Origin: the human T2T-CHM13v2.0 reference genome, Homo sapiens
Strand: one strand, 5' to 3'
Length of the DNA: 64,000 bases
Assembly (NCBI RefSeq): GCF_009914755.1
Contig: NC_060939.1
Part shown: one piece after another, positions 1 to 12,809 of the stretch
Layout of the letters: each line of letters begins with the position of its first letter
Numbering within the stretch: the first letter of the stretch is position 1
Translations under genes and position numbers: made by a program
The notes under the pieces: generated by a model
Databases searched by the model: none
Told to the model about the DNA's origin: nothing
The model's input: the letters and a program-made list of their open reading frames with translations, nothing else

Positions 1-59
1 CTCCTGAGAGTCTACTCCCTCCGTTCTTGGCCCATTCAGCCCCTCCTCCACCCTGCAGC

Positions 60-668
60 TGGAGCCATCTTGCCAGTGTACAGTCCTGAGCTGCAGTCAT
101 TCCCTGCTTTAAAACCTTCACTGCTCTTCATGCTTTCAAGATGAAGTGTAACCTCCATAGCAGGTGAGCAGTGAAGAGCCCTTCACATATGGGTGCTCTG
201 TGTACTCCAGCTTGCTGGCCCACCTCTGTACCCCATCCCACCTGACATTCCAGCTTTGCTGATGAACACATAGTGCCCTGAATGGATCACTTTCTTCTCT
301 CTACTGGGCCTGCACATTTTCCCGTTTTCCTGTTTCTTTTCATCCCCACCTTGACCTTCAGTCTGGCTAACCTTGGTTATCTTTGAGGACTAAATTATCT
401 TCTGAGAACTGTCCCTGATTACTACCCATCCCCAGTGCACACCAGGGACCTCTCTAGGAATTCCTATGATACTCCCTTCTTCCTTGTATTGTAGTAGTGA
501 GCACATTGTATTATAATCACCCCTGTCCTCCAGTAGATTCTATACTATTTGAGGGCAGTGACTGTAGCATATTCATTGACAAAGTTCCAATTCCCAGCAT
601 GATGCTTGCCACATAGATTATAGTCAATCATGTTTGAATGAATGAATGCATGAATGTATGTATGAATT
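60..668 (+). mobile_element. L2 LINE 3' fragment
   Basis: L2-like body ending in gccacatag...tgtttgaatgaatgaatg, the (AATG)n L2 terminus. Confidence 0.75.
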
Positions 669-842
669 ACTTGTATTTCTTTTACATCTTACCTCTGGAC
701 TAAATTCTCCCAGCTCTTTCATCTTTTCTGATATGACATTATTTCTAGTCCCCTCATCCTTTTCTCTTCTTTGGATATCTCAGTGTCTCTCTTCAGGTGT
801 TGTACTCAAGTTACAGTTGTAACACATTTAAATTTTAAAATG

Positions 843-1174
843 TTTTTATTTTATTACTTTTTTAGAGATGGGATCTCCCTCTGTTGTCCAAGTTAGAGTG
901 CAGTGGCACAATCACAGCTCGCTGCAGCCTTGACCTCCTGGGCTCAAGTGGTCCTTCCACCTCAGCCTCCCAAGTAGCTGGGACTACAGGCTTGCACCAC
1001 AATCCCTGATTAAGTGTTTTTTTTTTATTTTTTTAAATTTTTTTAATTTTTAGTTTGTAGAGACGGGGTCTCACTGTGCTGCCTAGGCTAGTCTCAAACT
1101 CCTGGCTCAAGCAATTTTCTCACTTTGGCCTCCCAAAGGGTTGTGATTACAGTCATGAACCACCACAGCTGGCC
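843..1174 (-). mobile_element. AluJ
   Basis: Reverse Alu with J-type motifs; TSD-like ttaaa(a)tgttttta. Confidence 0.9.
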
Positions 1175-1800
1175 TTTAAATGTTTTTAAAAGTGATTTTT
1201 GGATAGCTTAGGTCACCGTGAACATGCAGATGAATGAAATATTGAGTAAAGTGAGTCACAGAGAAATTGCCAGGATACAATTTTTTCTTTTTTTTTTCTT
1301 TTTAACCAGACAAAGTTGATAGCCAGATACTAGCATAATGAATGAAACAGTATTTTCCTCTATTACTCTCAAAGCATGGGTTGTTTTTTCTTTTGCCTTA
1401 GGTGAATAACTGTTTATTAAACTGGGTTTACTAATGCACATGGTGTTCCTAGGCCATAATTACTGAATTCAAGTCCCATTGCCAAGGCAAGGCCTTTCCT
1501 AAACTACTTAGCTTTCTCCTTCTGTAAATTAGGATGATTAAACTTTCCATCTATCTACTGCTGGTGTTAGAAAGATTGATGAAGCTGTATTAGGAATCAC
1601 GTTTTATTTCTTGGATGAAAGGCATTCTATAAATGCAATGAATCAAAATGTTATTAATTCAAGTTTATAACATAATGGAATATCTATGTAGAAACCTTGC
1701 CTGGGCTTTGTTTGGTTATTTGCGTCTTTACAATAATTGGAACTATCAACTGGGAGTCATTTGTGGGAAAACTAGGATCTGAATGTTTCCCAGAAAAAAA

Positions 1801-1842
<42 letters not shown>
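1801..1842 (+). repeat. (TG)n microsatellite
   Basis: Interrupted TG repeat. Confidence 0.95.
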
Positions 1843-1843
<1 letters not shown>

Positions 1844-1904
1844 ATAAGAGATAGATGGACTTCGAGCAAGATCTGTACCTTAGAGGTCTGTATTTTAGTA
1901 TCCT

Positions 1905-2030
1905 TTATAAATTAGGGATAATAACTATACCTAAAGTATAGTTATTATAAGGATTAAATTAGGATAATAAGCATTTAGCACAATGCCTAGCACATGGTCA
2001 TCACTTGATAAATAGCAGCTGCTATTATTA
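1905..2030 (+). mobile_element. MIR 3' fragment
   Basis: gggataataa...ggattaaat...tagcacaatgcctagcacat...gctattatta matches the MIR 3' half. Confidence 0.75.
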
Positions 2031-2389
2031 TGTTAACTGGACTGATTTTAGGCAGCTGTGTATTTTTTCCATATATGTTTCAGCTTTCATCCTATTCTAC
2101 AAAATTGTTAATTGCCACTTTAGTGCATCGATTCTTAGATGTGGTGGGACATTAAAGTCAAGAACCCTTGGATGAAGACATGCTTTATAAAATCTAGGAA
2201 AATAGGGACTCAGTCTCCATAGTTTACATTTGACCATAGCAAAAGTTTAAGATGTATTTAGAAAGAAGAGTAATTATAACTTGAAGTGGTAAAATGTGAT
2301 CAAACTTGAAGTCTGAGATTCTCTCAAATGTAACCTATTAAAGGTACCAAATGGAATATGTGTATTTCATATTAGGTCTTGAGTCCTTT

Positions 2390-2463
2390 CTCTTTTTTTC
2401 CTTTTCATTTCTTCCTTTCTTGCTCCTTCCTTCCTCCCTCTCTCCCTCCCTCCCTCTCTCTCT

Positions 2464-2526
<63 letters not shown>

Positions 2527-2530
2527 TCTT
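2390..2530 (+). repeat. Polypyrimidine / (CT)n tract at the tail of an Alu
   Basis: About 140 nt almost purely C/T, including a long (CT)n run. Confidence 0.95.
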
Positions 2531-2806
2531 TGTTTCTTTTTGAGACAGGGTCTCATTGCTGTCACCCCCCCATTCTGGAGTGCACAATTACGGGTCACCA
2601 CAGCTTCGACCTCCTGGCCTCAAGTGACCCGAGTAGCTAGGATTACAGGCACATGCCGCCATGCCTGGCTAAGTTTTTAATTTTTTTTAGAGATGGGGCC
2701 CTACTATGTTGCCCAGGCTTGTTCTTGAACTCCTGGGCTCAAGCGATCCTCCTTCCTTGGCATCCCAAAGTGCTGGGATTACAGGCTTGAGACGCTGTGC
2801 TTGGCC
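2531..2806 (-). mobile_element. AluJ (internally deleted)
   Basis: Reverse Alu motifs. Confidence 0.85.
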
Positions 2807-3117
2807 CCTTTTGTTTTCTGATGTATTTATGATCTTAATGTCTTACTGCATTACTACTACTGCCACCACAGTATAATAATAACCAGAGCAGCGACCACCA
2901 TTTATGGAACCCTTAGCATATGCCAAGTCATTGGGCTATATTTAAGGGTGAGAAGAGAGTGGAGTATATAGAATACGTAAGATGTGTCTGTGTTCTCAGG
3001 GAGCTCCCAGACTCTCCCCTGTTGGGGGAGGGTATGGTAGGAAGAAAGACATCTATACTGACAACTAGCATGGGTAGGTAGGTAAAGGGCTAAAGTGGAT
3101 AGGTTAAGAATAGAGTT

Positions 3118-3720
<603 letters not shown>

Positions 3721-3882
3721 CCTTAACAGGCTTTAAATCTCAAATAGAACATTGCTGGGGGAAGGTGCTATTTTAAATGCTACTCTACTAGTCAGGTAGA
3801 TATTCACGGGTATAACTCATTATAAAGCTAGACGACTTAAGAGCTCCCCTTGACTACCATTTTTCTTCAATAAGGACTTTCA

Positions 3883-4193
<311 letters not shown>

Positions 4194-4374
4194 GGACTTT
4201 CACTAAATTCATCCATATGAGTGTTAACATAGTCATATATGTTCAGAAAACACTTTAATACTTCCTAAATAACTCTGGGAGCTGAGTCTCATACCCATAG
4301 GAAAGGAAAACCAGCTAAAATTTATTAATTTTATTTGTAAAAACACACCTGCTATGGACAAGACACAGTGCTAG

Positions 4375-4520
4375 ATTTTTTGTAATATTTAATTTTTCTG
4401 GTTACCCTATAAAATTGGTATTTTCCCCATTTTACAGAAAGAGGAAATTGAGGTTCAGAGAGGATAAGTAACTTGTCCCAGATCACACAGCTAGTGAATA
4501 CCAGGATTTATTTGTACTAC
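4375..4520 (-). mobile_element. MIR fragment
   Basis: ccccattttacaga...gaggaaattgaggttcagagagg..aagtaacttg is the MIR core, reverse orientation. Confidence 0.8.
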
Positions 4521-4983
4521 ATATTTGCTTCCCAGGAAGCTGAATTATAACTTTTAACTGTGTAAGAGACCAGGACTTAAATTATCTATTTTGTCTTTTG
4601 AAGTTCTATAATCTTTATTTGCTGTGAATATTAGTGCTTAGCAGATGACATTGTCCACATGAAATTGCCTCTGAAAGGCTATCTAAAGGCAGTAGAACTA
4701 ATGACCATAAAAATGTCACTGAAGTAGTTCATAAGATATTGTAGCTTCATCTTGACTGTAGGCTTCTTTATTGCTTTCGATTACTAACAGGGTTTTAGTC
4801 TCTTTATTTGATACCTTTTGCATTTGGCCAGTTACTTTTGAAAAAAATTTACATTGGGAGAAGGATGTGAAGAATATGCTCAATCCCTATATGTAAAAGC
4901 AAAGGTGTATTTCAGTCTGGAATTTTCAGTGGTGTTCAGAGGTGTTGATGATCTTGCCACTAAAAATTATCTTTCCTTTTCAG

Positions 4984-5032
4984 CTTAAAGAAGTCTTCTG
5001 CTGAACTGAAAAAAATACTAGCCAATGGCCAG
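4984..5032 (+). CDS. MAP2K5: MAP2K5/MEK5 coding exon (likely exon 7; 49 nt), (S)LKKSSAELKKILANGQ
   Basis: Acceptor ctttccttttcag at 4971-4983 and donor CAG|GTAGGT. Starts with 1 nt completing the previous codon, then 16 codons matching MEK5, and joins the next exon in phase 0. Confidence 0.96.
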
Positions 5033-8000
5033 GTAGGTATTATTATATATTAAGATTTTCACATAATAATAACATATTACCGTCCAGTTTTTGTATCCAT
5101 AAGCTTATTAAACAGATAAAGAGTCTGTGAGTTTCCTGTCATAAATGAATAACATGGCTTAATTTGATTGGCAGAACAATTTGCAGCCCGTTTTTCAAAC
5201 TGTGCTAATGGGTTTCACTCCCAGCAGATTGAAGTACCATGCACACACCCTGCTGCCATCTCAGTTTTTAAAAAGTTAATCAGTTCTGAACAAGTGTGTC
5301 AACTCGTGGGCTGTTGAAATGGCCCTGCATTCTGAGGTGACTGTTTCTTTCATTATCTTTGGGGAGAAAAGGAAAAACCATTACTTTCTCACCTTAGCTC
5401 CTTCTTTTGTCCTGAAACTAACACTGGCTTTTTAGGGAGGCAGAGTGACAGCAGACCTTTGGCATATAAAATTCCTGGCCTTCAGGAGACCTTAGTTTGC
5501 CTAGTAGACTGGCCATCTAAAGCTGAATGACCTAACCCAGCCAGTGAGGGACAAACGAGCCTTCAGGCCAGTTATTTCTTACTAATTTTGATTCAAGTAA
5601 ATGGACACATCTGAAATAGTAGAGTGCTTTTAAACATACACTGGTAAATTAAGCTACCTACAGGGTCCTCGATTCTTCAGTAGCAACATAAATGCGTTTT
5701 AATGTTTGTTATAGTGGAAGCCCTTTGATAGCCTTGGAGGCAGGCGCCTGTCCATTGCGATCAAGCCTGCCTATTAGGCTGTATTGACTGAGACATCTGT
5801 GTCACTGCAAATAAAAGACTCTTATTGATTTTCTTAACTGCTGTTCACTTCCCGTCCATGTTTCGAAGGCTGAAATCTTAATTATCTCAGATGCTTATTC
5901 AGTGCCTTCACACACTGACCTCTCCAAGCCTCACTGGCATTTCATGAATCAAGTACTTGTAGTGGAGCATGTCAAGAAGACAAAGCCAGGTCCTCATGCC
6001 TGTCCTTTAATATCACCTGTAACATTGTGGCCTAATAGATGTGCATGCCTTAAAACAGTGCTGTATGGTAATGCTTCTGGAGGCCTTGCTTATTTAGCAC
6101 ACAATTCCTTGAATACAGTTAGAAGAAATGAAGTTGATCTGCTTCTGACATCTGATTGCCATCCAGAGTATGTGAATTCTAGTCCTTAAATATCCTATAT
6201 ACAGCTAAGGAGAATCTAGTGTGGTGTATGTATAATCTTTGTAGTCTCAACATTTTAGATAGTATTTATCGAATACCTTTAACTTTCAGCAGCCAAAGGT
6301 TTGTTTAGATTGAGGTCCACATCTGTATCACCTCAGTGCCTTATATTTTGTTAGAACCAGCATATATAAACAAAATCTGACTAAAAGCAAAAATATTGAG
6401 CCTAGGATATTTATGTATCTTCAACATGCTTGCATTCTAGTTACTAATTGTAATTTATGTATGAGTCACTGTGTTCTTCAGCTGGAAAATATATTTCAAA
6501 ATTGACATAAATTAAGAAGCTTTAACTACATTTGTCCAGCCCAGACAATGGAAAATAACCTGTCATAGACTCTTCTTTCAAAAATGAAAAACAGTTTTTT
6601 CCACTGCAAAAAATAAGCATTTTCATAATGTTTTGACAAAAATAAGCAGTCTCATAATGTTTTGACAGTAAGCCTAGTACCATAGATATCTTAGTGGCTT
6701 CAGTTATGAGGTTCTCTATATGGTGGGAGGTTGTCCTGGCAAGGATTTTTGACACTTAAATGTTTATTGCTTTCCCTTGGGAATGTGATAACCTCATATT
6801 AAATAATATGGCTTTTTTTTTCTTTATAAGGATTAGCCTTTCTTACATTTACTTGCACTCAAAAAATTCCCTCAAAAACCAAAAAAACCCACCTTTGGAA
6901 GCTTTCAAAATGTCTCCTTCTAATTCCTTAATTCCTCAGTGCTATAGGATAACTAAACAGTGAGTGAAATTGCATTGCAGTGAGGTACTGTGCACAGTTG
7001 TAGGCATCAATAAATTTCTGGGCTGAACACTGACACCACTTGATAGGGAAGATAAAAGTCACATTTAATGATACTTTAACACTTGAGCATAGTTTTTTAT
7101 TTTAGTGGTTTATGCTCTCAAGCATTAATAATGATTTGCCTTTCCACTAGCCTCCACTTAGATTTAATAAGGAATTCATATTAATCATTAAAAGAAAGGG
7201 ACATGATTCTTCAAGATAATCAAATATTGACAAGTTAGAAATAGCTTTCTGCCTGGGTTCATTGATATAGGTTATGTGATATAAATATTTATTTCTTTTC
7301 TGTCACTCAGAGTAAATGCCACCAATTGATTCAGCATTGATATAGTGTCAACAGTTCATAAGAAACATTTGACTGGCCTGTGTTTTCCGATTAGTCTCTG
7401 CTCTATAAAGTGGGATTTACTAAATCTCTCCAATTGTCTGCTCATAGAGTGTGACTGCTTTCTGAAACCATTATTGCTTCGATTTGTGAAGCAAAGGTCT
7501 AGTGATGGGACTAGTTTCTGTCAGACCTTTACATATAAAATAAGGATTAATTGAGCATTTTTATTTTAATGATTTATAAGCGATAGGTACTGATTCTTCT
7601 TAACACAGACAATAAACAAAGAATATTTTCTGTGTTGATCCATAATTGAATTCCATTTCATTTTTTCCATTAATTTCATTAATATATTAAATCAAGCACT
7701 TTAAAAAAAGTTTAACACTTAGTCTTTGGAATGGAGACATTGTTTTCCTGTTATCACTTTATGTTGGAGTAATTCCATTTTTCCAGCTTAAAAAAATAAA
7801 TCAGAAGATATTTTTGGCAAGTTTTATTGAGAGCTATAAATCAGTCTCACTGATGTGTTTTCTGGATTTGTTTTTCCTACTTCAGTTATAGTGTGGCATC
7901 ATCTGTTTAACATTGGCCCTTGATTTGAAACTCATTAGAAATAGCCCAAAGTGTCAATTTGAAGAATTTAAAAAGTGCACAGTTACTCCAAAGATATGTG

Positions 8001-8208
8001 AGTTTGGCCTTTGCATCTCTAAAGTTATTTTTTCTTTTTTTTTTTTGTTTTTTAGATTTTATAGGAGAGGGTGGCAGTATTTTCCTATTCCTGATAAATC
8101 AAGTATAAATCTACTCAGATCAGATCTAGAACTAATTCTGGTCCAGCTGCATCTTTTGGCTGTTATTTTGATAACTTCAAAAAGCCTCTAGAAAAACTTT
8201 TTGTATTT

Positions 8209-8492
8209 GGCTGGGCGTGGTGGCTCATGCCTGTAATCCCAGCACTTTAGGAGGCCCACTTGAGGCCAGGAGTTTGAGACCAGCCTGGCCAACATGGTGA
8301 AACCTCTTCTCTACTAAAAATACAAAAAATTTGCTGGGTGTGGCGGCCCATGCCCAGCTACTTAGGTGGCTGAGGCATAAGAATAGCTTGAACCCAGGAG
8401 GCAGAGGTTGCGGTGAGCCAAGACTGCACCACTGCACTCCAGCCTGGGCAACAGAGCAAGACTCTGTCTCAAAAAAAACCCAACAACAACAG
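8209..8492 (+). mobile_element. AluS (short internal deletion)
   Basis: Alu dimer; TSD-like aaaac(c)ttttgtat. Confidence 0.9.
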
Positions 8493-8947
8493 GAAAACCT
8501 TTTTGTATATAGAAAAAAAAGGGAGGGGGAATATATATCTACTGTAAAATTTAAAAAGTTTAAAAACTGTATCATTACTAGTATATGTAACTCTTAGATT
8601 CTTACAGTTCATCTTGGATTGCATATGAAGAGTGAAACATAAATGAGGCTGTGTATGTAAGTCCAAACTACACAACAGCCCTCCTTTACCCACACAAACC
8701 CAACCTGACTCTGCCCATGGGTTGTTGCTGTCTCTGTTTCTTTTATGGCCCCTGCCTCTCTTTCAGCAGGAGCAGAGCTCAGTGCCAGTCATTTCTCTAA
8801 GGTCATTTGCTATCTTGGCAGTTGACATGTAATTGTAACTCCTGTGGCTTTTTCTTCCTCCTCCTTCACATCTATTATTCTGCCTTTTATTTACTTTTTT
8901 AGTCAAAACAAGGAACCTGGACTGTATTTAAAAACTACTTGGAATTG

Positions 8948-9253
<306 letters not shown>

Positions 9254-9978
9254 ACTACTTGGTATTGTTGTTGAATAAAAAGCTCTCCTTCACCTCTTTT
9301 CAATTTAAAGAGCTGTGTGATTTTAAAAACATTTTTCTTCTTAAAAACTAACATCGTAGCTAATGAAATTTCTTTTAACTTGTGTCTTTCAGTTGATTGT
9401 TTACCATCCTGTGGGCCAGTGGCCATTGATAGGAATGTCCCTCCATACTTAATACCGGAGACAAACTGCTGAGCTATGATGTTGAACTGGAGTATACTGA
9501 AAGACTGAGTTTTTGACTAGCTATGTAACTTAAGTAAAGTGGACTAAATGGTCTTAGAATGCTGTAAATTTCTGTGATTTTTTAAATGATACTTGATCCC
9601 AACTATAATATTTAAATACAATATTCCATAAGCTTCTAAATAGCACTTTCTTATATAATGAACACTCTTCCTATGCTTCATTTTGAAAAGTCAAATTAAT
9701 ATCCTTATCTAAATGAAAAAAGCAGAAATACTACTGGTTGATTGTAGATCCCTTTAATGATTTTTTCATAGTTAAGATCAATTAAATTAGCCCATTTGAT
9801 AAGAGATATGAAGTTCTAAAAATATTTTTTGTAATCAATTCTTGGGCTCTGCTTTGTTTTTCCCATCCCCCCCAAATTTTTTTACATGAGGAGTATTTGT
9901 ACAGCATATAAAAATTAGAAAATACAAATAAGCAAAAAGAAAAAGAATCTGATATTTTTTAATATTAAAACACAGTCA

Positions 9979-10293
9979 GGCCGGGCGTGGTCGCTCATGC
10001 TTGTAATCCTAGCACTTTTGGGAGGCTGAGGCAGGCTGATCACCTGAGGTCAGGAGTTCGAGACCAGCCCGGATAACATGGTGAAACCCCATCTCTACTA
10101 AAAGTACAAAAATTAGCCGGGCATGGTGGCGTGTGCCTGTAATCCCAGCTGCTCGGGAGGCTGAGGCAGGACAATCATTTGAACTTGAGATGTGGAGTTT
10201 GCAGTGAGCCAAGTTCACACCACTATACTTCAGCCTGGGTGACAGAGTGAGACTTCATCTCCAAAAAAAAAAAACTAAAACTAAAACTAAAAA
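9979..10293 (+). mobile_element. AluS
   Basis: Full dimer with (AAAACT)n tail. Confidence 0.92.
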
Positions 10294-12744
10294 ACTGTCA
10301 ATCAGTTCACAGGCCAAAGGTTTGCATAACTTTAAAACATTGTAGAAAGACATTATAGGAACACGTTGCTCACTTTTTATAGATACTAAGTGACATGGTT
10401 CCAGAACTTGCTCTTCAAAACCATTTTTATCTTTATGAGACTCTTGCAATCCTCCTGGTTATCTGAAGGATTCCATATTTGTCTTGATTTTTTCCATTCT
10501 TGAATTTGTTTAGACAGTGTTAATTAATGCACATGCACATACACTTGAAATAAACATTCTCCCTCTCCCCTCCTCCTCCCTGCACTCCTTCCCCGCCTGT
10601 GCCCTGACAGTGTTGGATGCTTACTACTCCTTGTTAGGTTGGAGTGCTGGGAATGTGGATTGGGTAGCTTCTTCCCTTCTCTTTTCCCTGTAGTGGATGT
10701 AAGTGGTAAAAAGACTATGATGTCAGAATTATACCATTTGAACATGCTCAGAGACATGCCATACCTACCCCTTTGCCTATGAAGTGGTGGAGGGGATATG
10801 ACTGCAGACTGTGGCCCCTCCAGAGTGTAGACTCTATCTACTACATAGCAACTTCCTGCTTACTCTTAAACCTTAGTGCCACAAATGCAGAATTTGTGTA
10901 CTTGAGTGAGTGAAATGTCTCTCGTAGAAATTTATGTCAAGCCATGATGAGAGTGTAGCTTGTTAGTTAATAGTACAAATCAGGTTGTTACGGACATGTT
11001 TAGATTACTTAGAGAAATGTTCTAAGGGAATTAGCCCCAGTGGCCTATTTGTGCCCACCAATGGATACTGCTATTTACGTTTCCTTCATTGATCAAAGTA
11101 AACCAAACAGCAACTCTGCTAGTTTAGCATCTCGTCACTTTATGTGCTACTTTTCTTCATGCTGCTTTAAAATTTATCATTCGGTCCAGAATAATGAGAT
11201 TTTATTTTGTTTATGCCACACCTTTTATACAGCTTAAAATATTTTTTTTCTGTATTAGTAGTATAAAGGTAGTGATGAACAGAATTCCCCTCAAATAGGA
11301 AAATAGTTGCCAATTGTTCTGGCATGTCTTTCATTACTTCACTGACCCTAAATATAATAATTAGCTGATTGTAAAGGGCATCAGTCTGGTTGTACTACAA
11401 TTAAATTGGGTGCTGGATTGGCCTTTACACATTAATCTGTCAATATTCTTTTAAGGATTGGTAAAATGGCTTGGAAAAGAAGCTGTTTCTGTTACCTGCA
11501 TTGTACTCCTAATTATCACAGCTCTCTGAAGCTTCAACTTCAGAAATGTGTAGAAGGAAAATATTTCCCTTGGTAAATGAACCCTTGCTTTATTCAATTG
11601 GTGGAAGTTTAGAGTAGAGCAAAATATTTAAAGCTTTGCTATACTGGTCTGAGAGCAAACTATTTTTTTTCCAAGTGATATTGAATTAAAAACTCCATCC
11701 ATTTTCTGCCCATGCAAGGCAGTGCAATTCCCTGGAAATTGATTTTTTTTTTTTTTTTCAGGGCTTGCAGTGGCTTTCCCCAAGCTTTAGCTATATGGAA
11801 AAGAACACCTTTATTAAATCCACTTAGTGAATAAAGTTGGCAGTTAATTTTTAAGCATCTGGACCAGTGTGTAGAAAATTACTGAATGCATCAAATAAAG
11901 TCTGACTAGTCTTAAAGTCATTTGATAAATAATTGTATAGGGAGCTCTCTAAACTCTAAAACATTATTTTATGGGCACCTACTATTCATAATACAAATGA
12001 GAGTAGTTATTTGTGGTATAATAGGTTTTATAGAACCTTGAAAAACATGCAAACTTATATATAAAGTTACGAAAATGACTTTAATAAAAATTACATGCCT
12101 ATGTATTTTTCCTTTATGTATTATAATATTCGACTATATGTGCATCTTAAGTGCATTGATTTCGTGCTTTTCCATCTTCATAATATGATTTCTGCCTAAT
12201 TATTGCTGTATACTAGTTTGTTATTTGCAAAGAAAAGCTATATCTACTCTAGGAAAATCATAAACATTATTTAGTTTGTTAAATGTTAATTATGGGGGTC
12301 ATCTGAGGAGTTTTCTAGGGCTGATTTATTTACAGATCATGCATTAGATTACTGAGTGTGTGTGTGTATTGTCTTCCTAAGTTTGACTTTGGTTATGTGC
12401 AGTGCTCTTTGGCATTGGTTATATGCAGTACTGGAGACTGTTTTCTTATCAGTATCTCTGACCTGACCCTTTTGAGCTATGTTGTATCATTCCATTTTGA
12501 CACCTTTTATCAAGCTTTAATGAAATGACCCAGGCAAACAAATTGTCATTAAACTTTCCATCACTTCGTCCCTTGGTATCGTCTTTTATAAATTGGACAG
12601 CAAACGTTGTATTGATCTTCTCGTTTTTGCAGCTGAACTTGAAATGACCCAGACTGCTTGTTGTTTATGGCCCAGAGTTGCTTTTCCTTGACATTTCCAT
12701 CCACAGCATGACACCCTTTTTGTTTTTCTTTCTTTCTTGTGGAG

Positions 12745-12809
12745 ATGAATGAACAAGACATACGATATCGGGACACTCTTGGTCATGGCAACGGAGGCAC
12801 AGTCTACAA
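12745..12809 (+). CDS. MAP2K5: MAP2K5 coding exon (likely exon 8; 65 nt), MNEQDIRYRDTLGHGNGGTVY(K), kinase Gly-rich loop
   Basis: LGHGNGGTV is the GxGxxGxV motif. Long pyrimidine tract followed by gag acceptor; donor AA|GTGAGT, phase 2. Confidence 0.97.

Noticed and set aside
2338-2680. RE-repeat and SL-repeat ORFs
   Set aside because: Translations of the (CT)n microsatellite plus Alu.
11272-11345. Possible C/D box snoRNA (GTGATGA...CTGA, ~74 nt)
   Set aside because: Only a weak terminal stem, no recognisable rRNA or snRNA antisense element, far from a 3' splice site, and such box pairs arise by chance. The same applies to the pair at 28239-28313.
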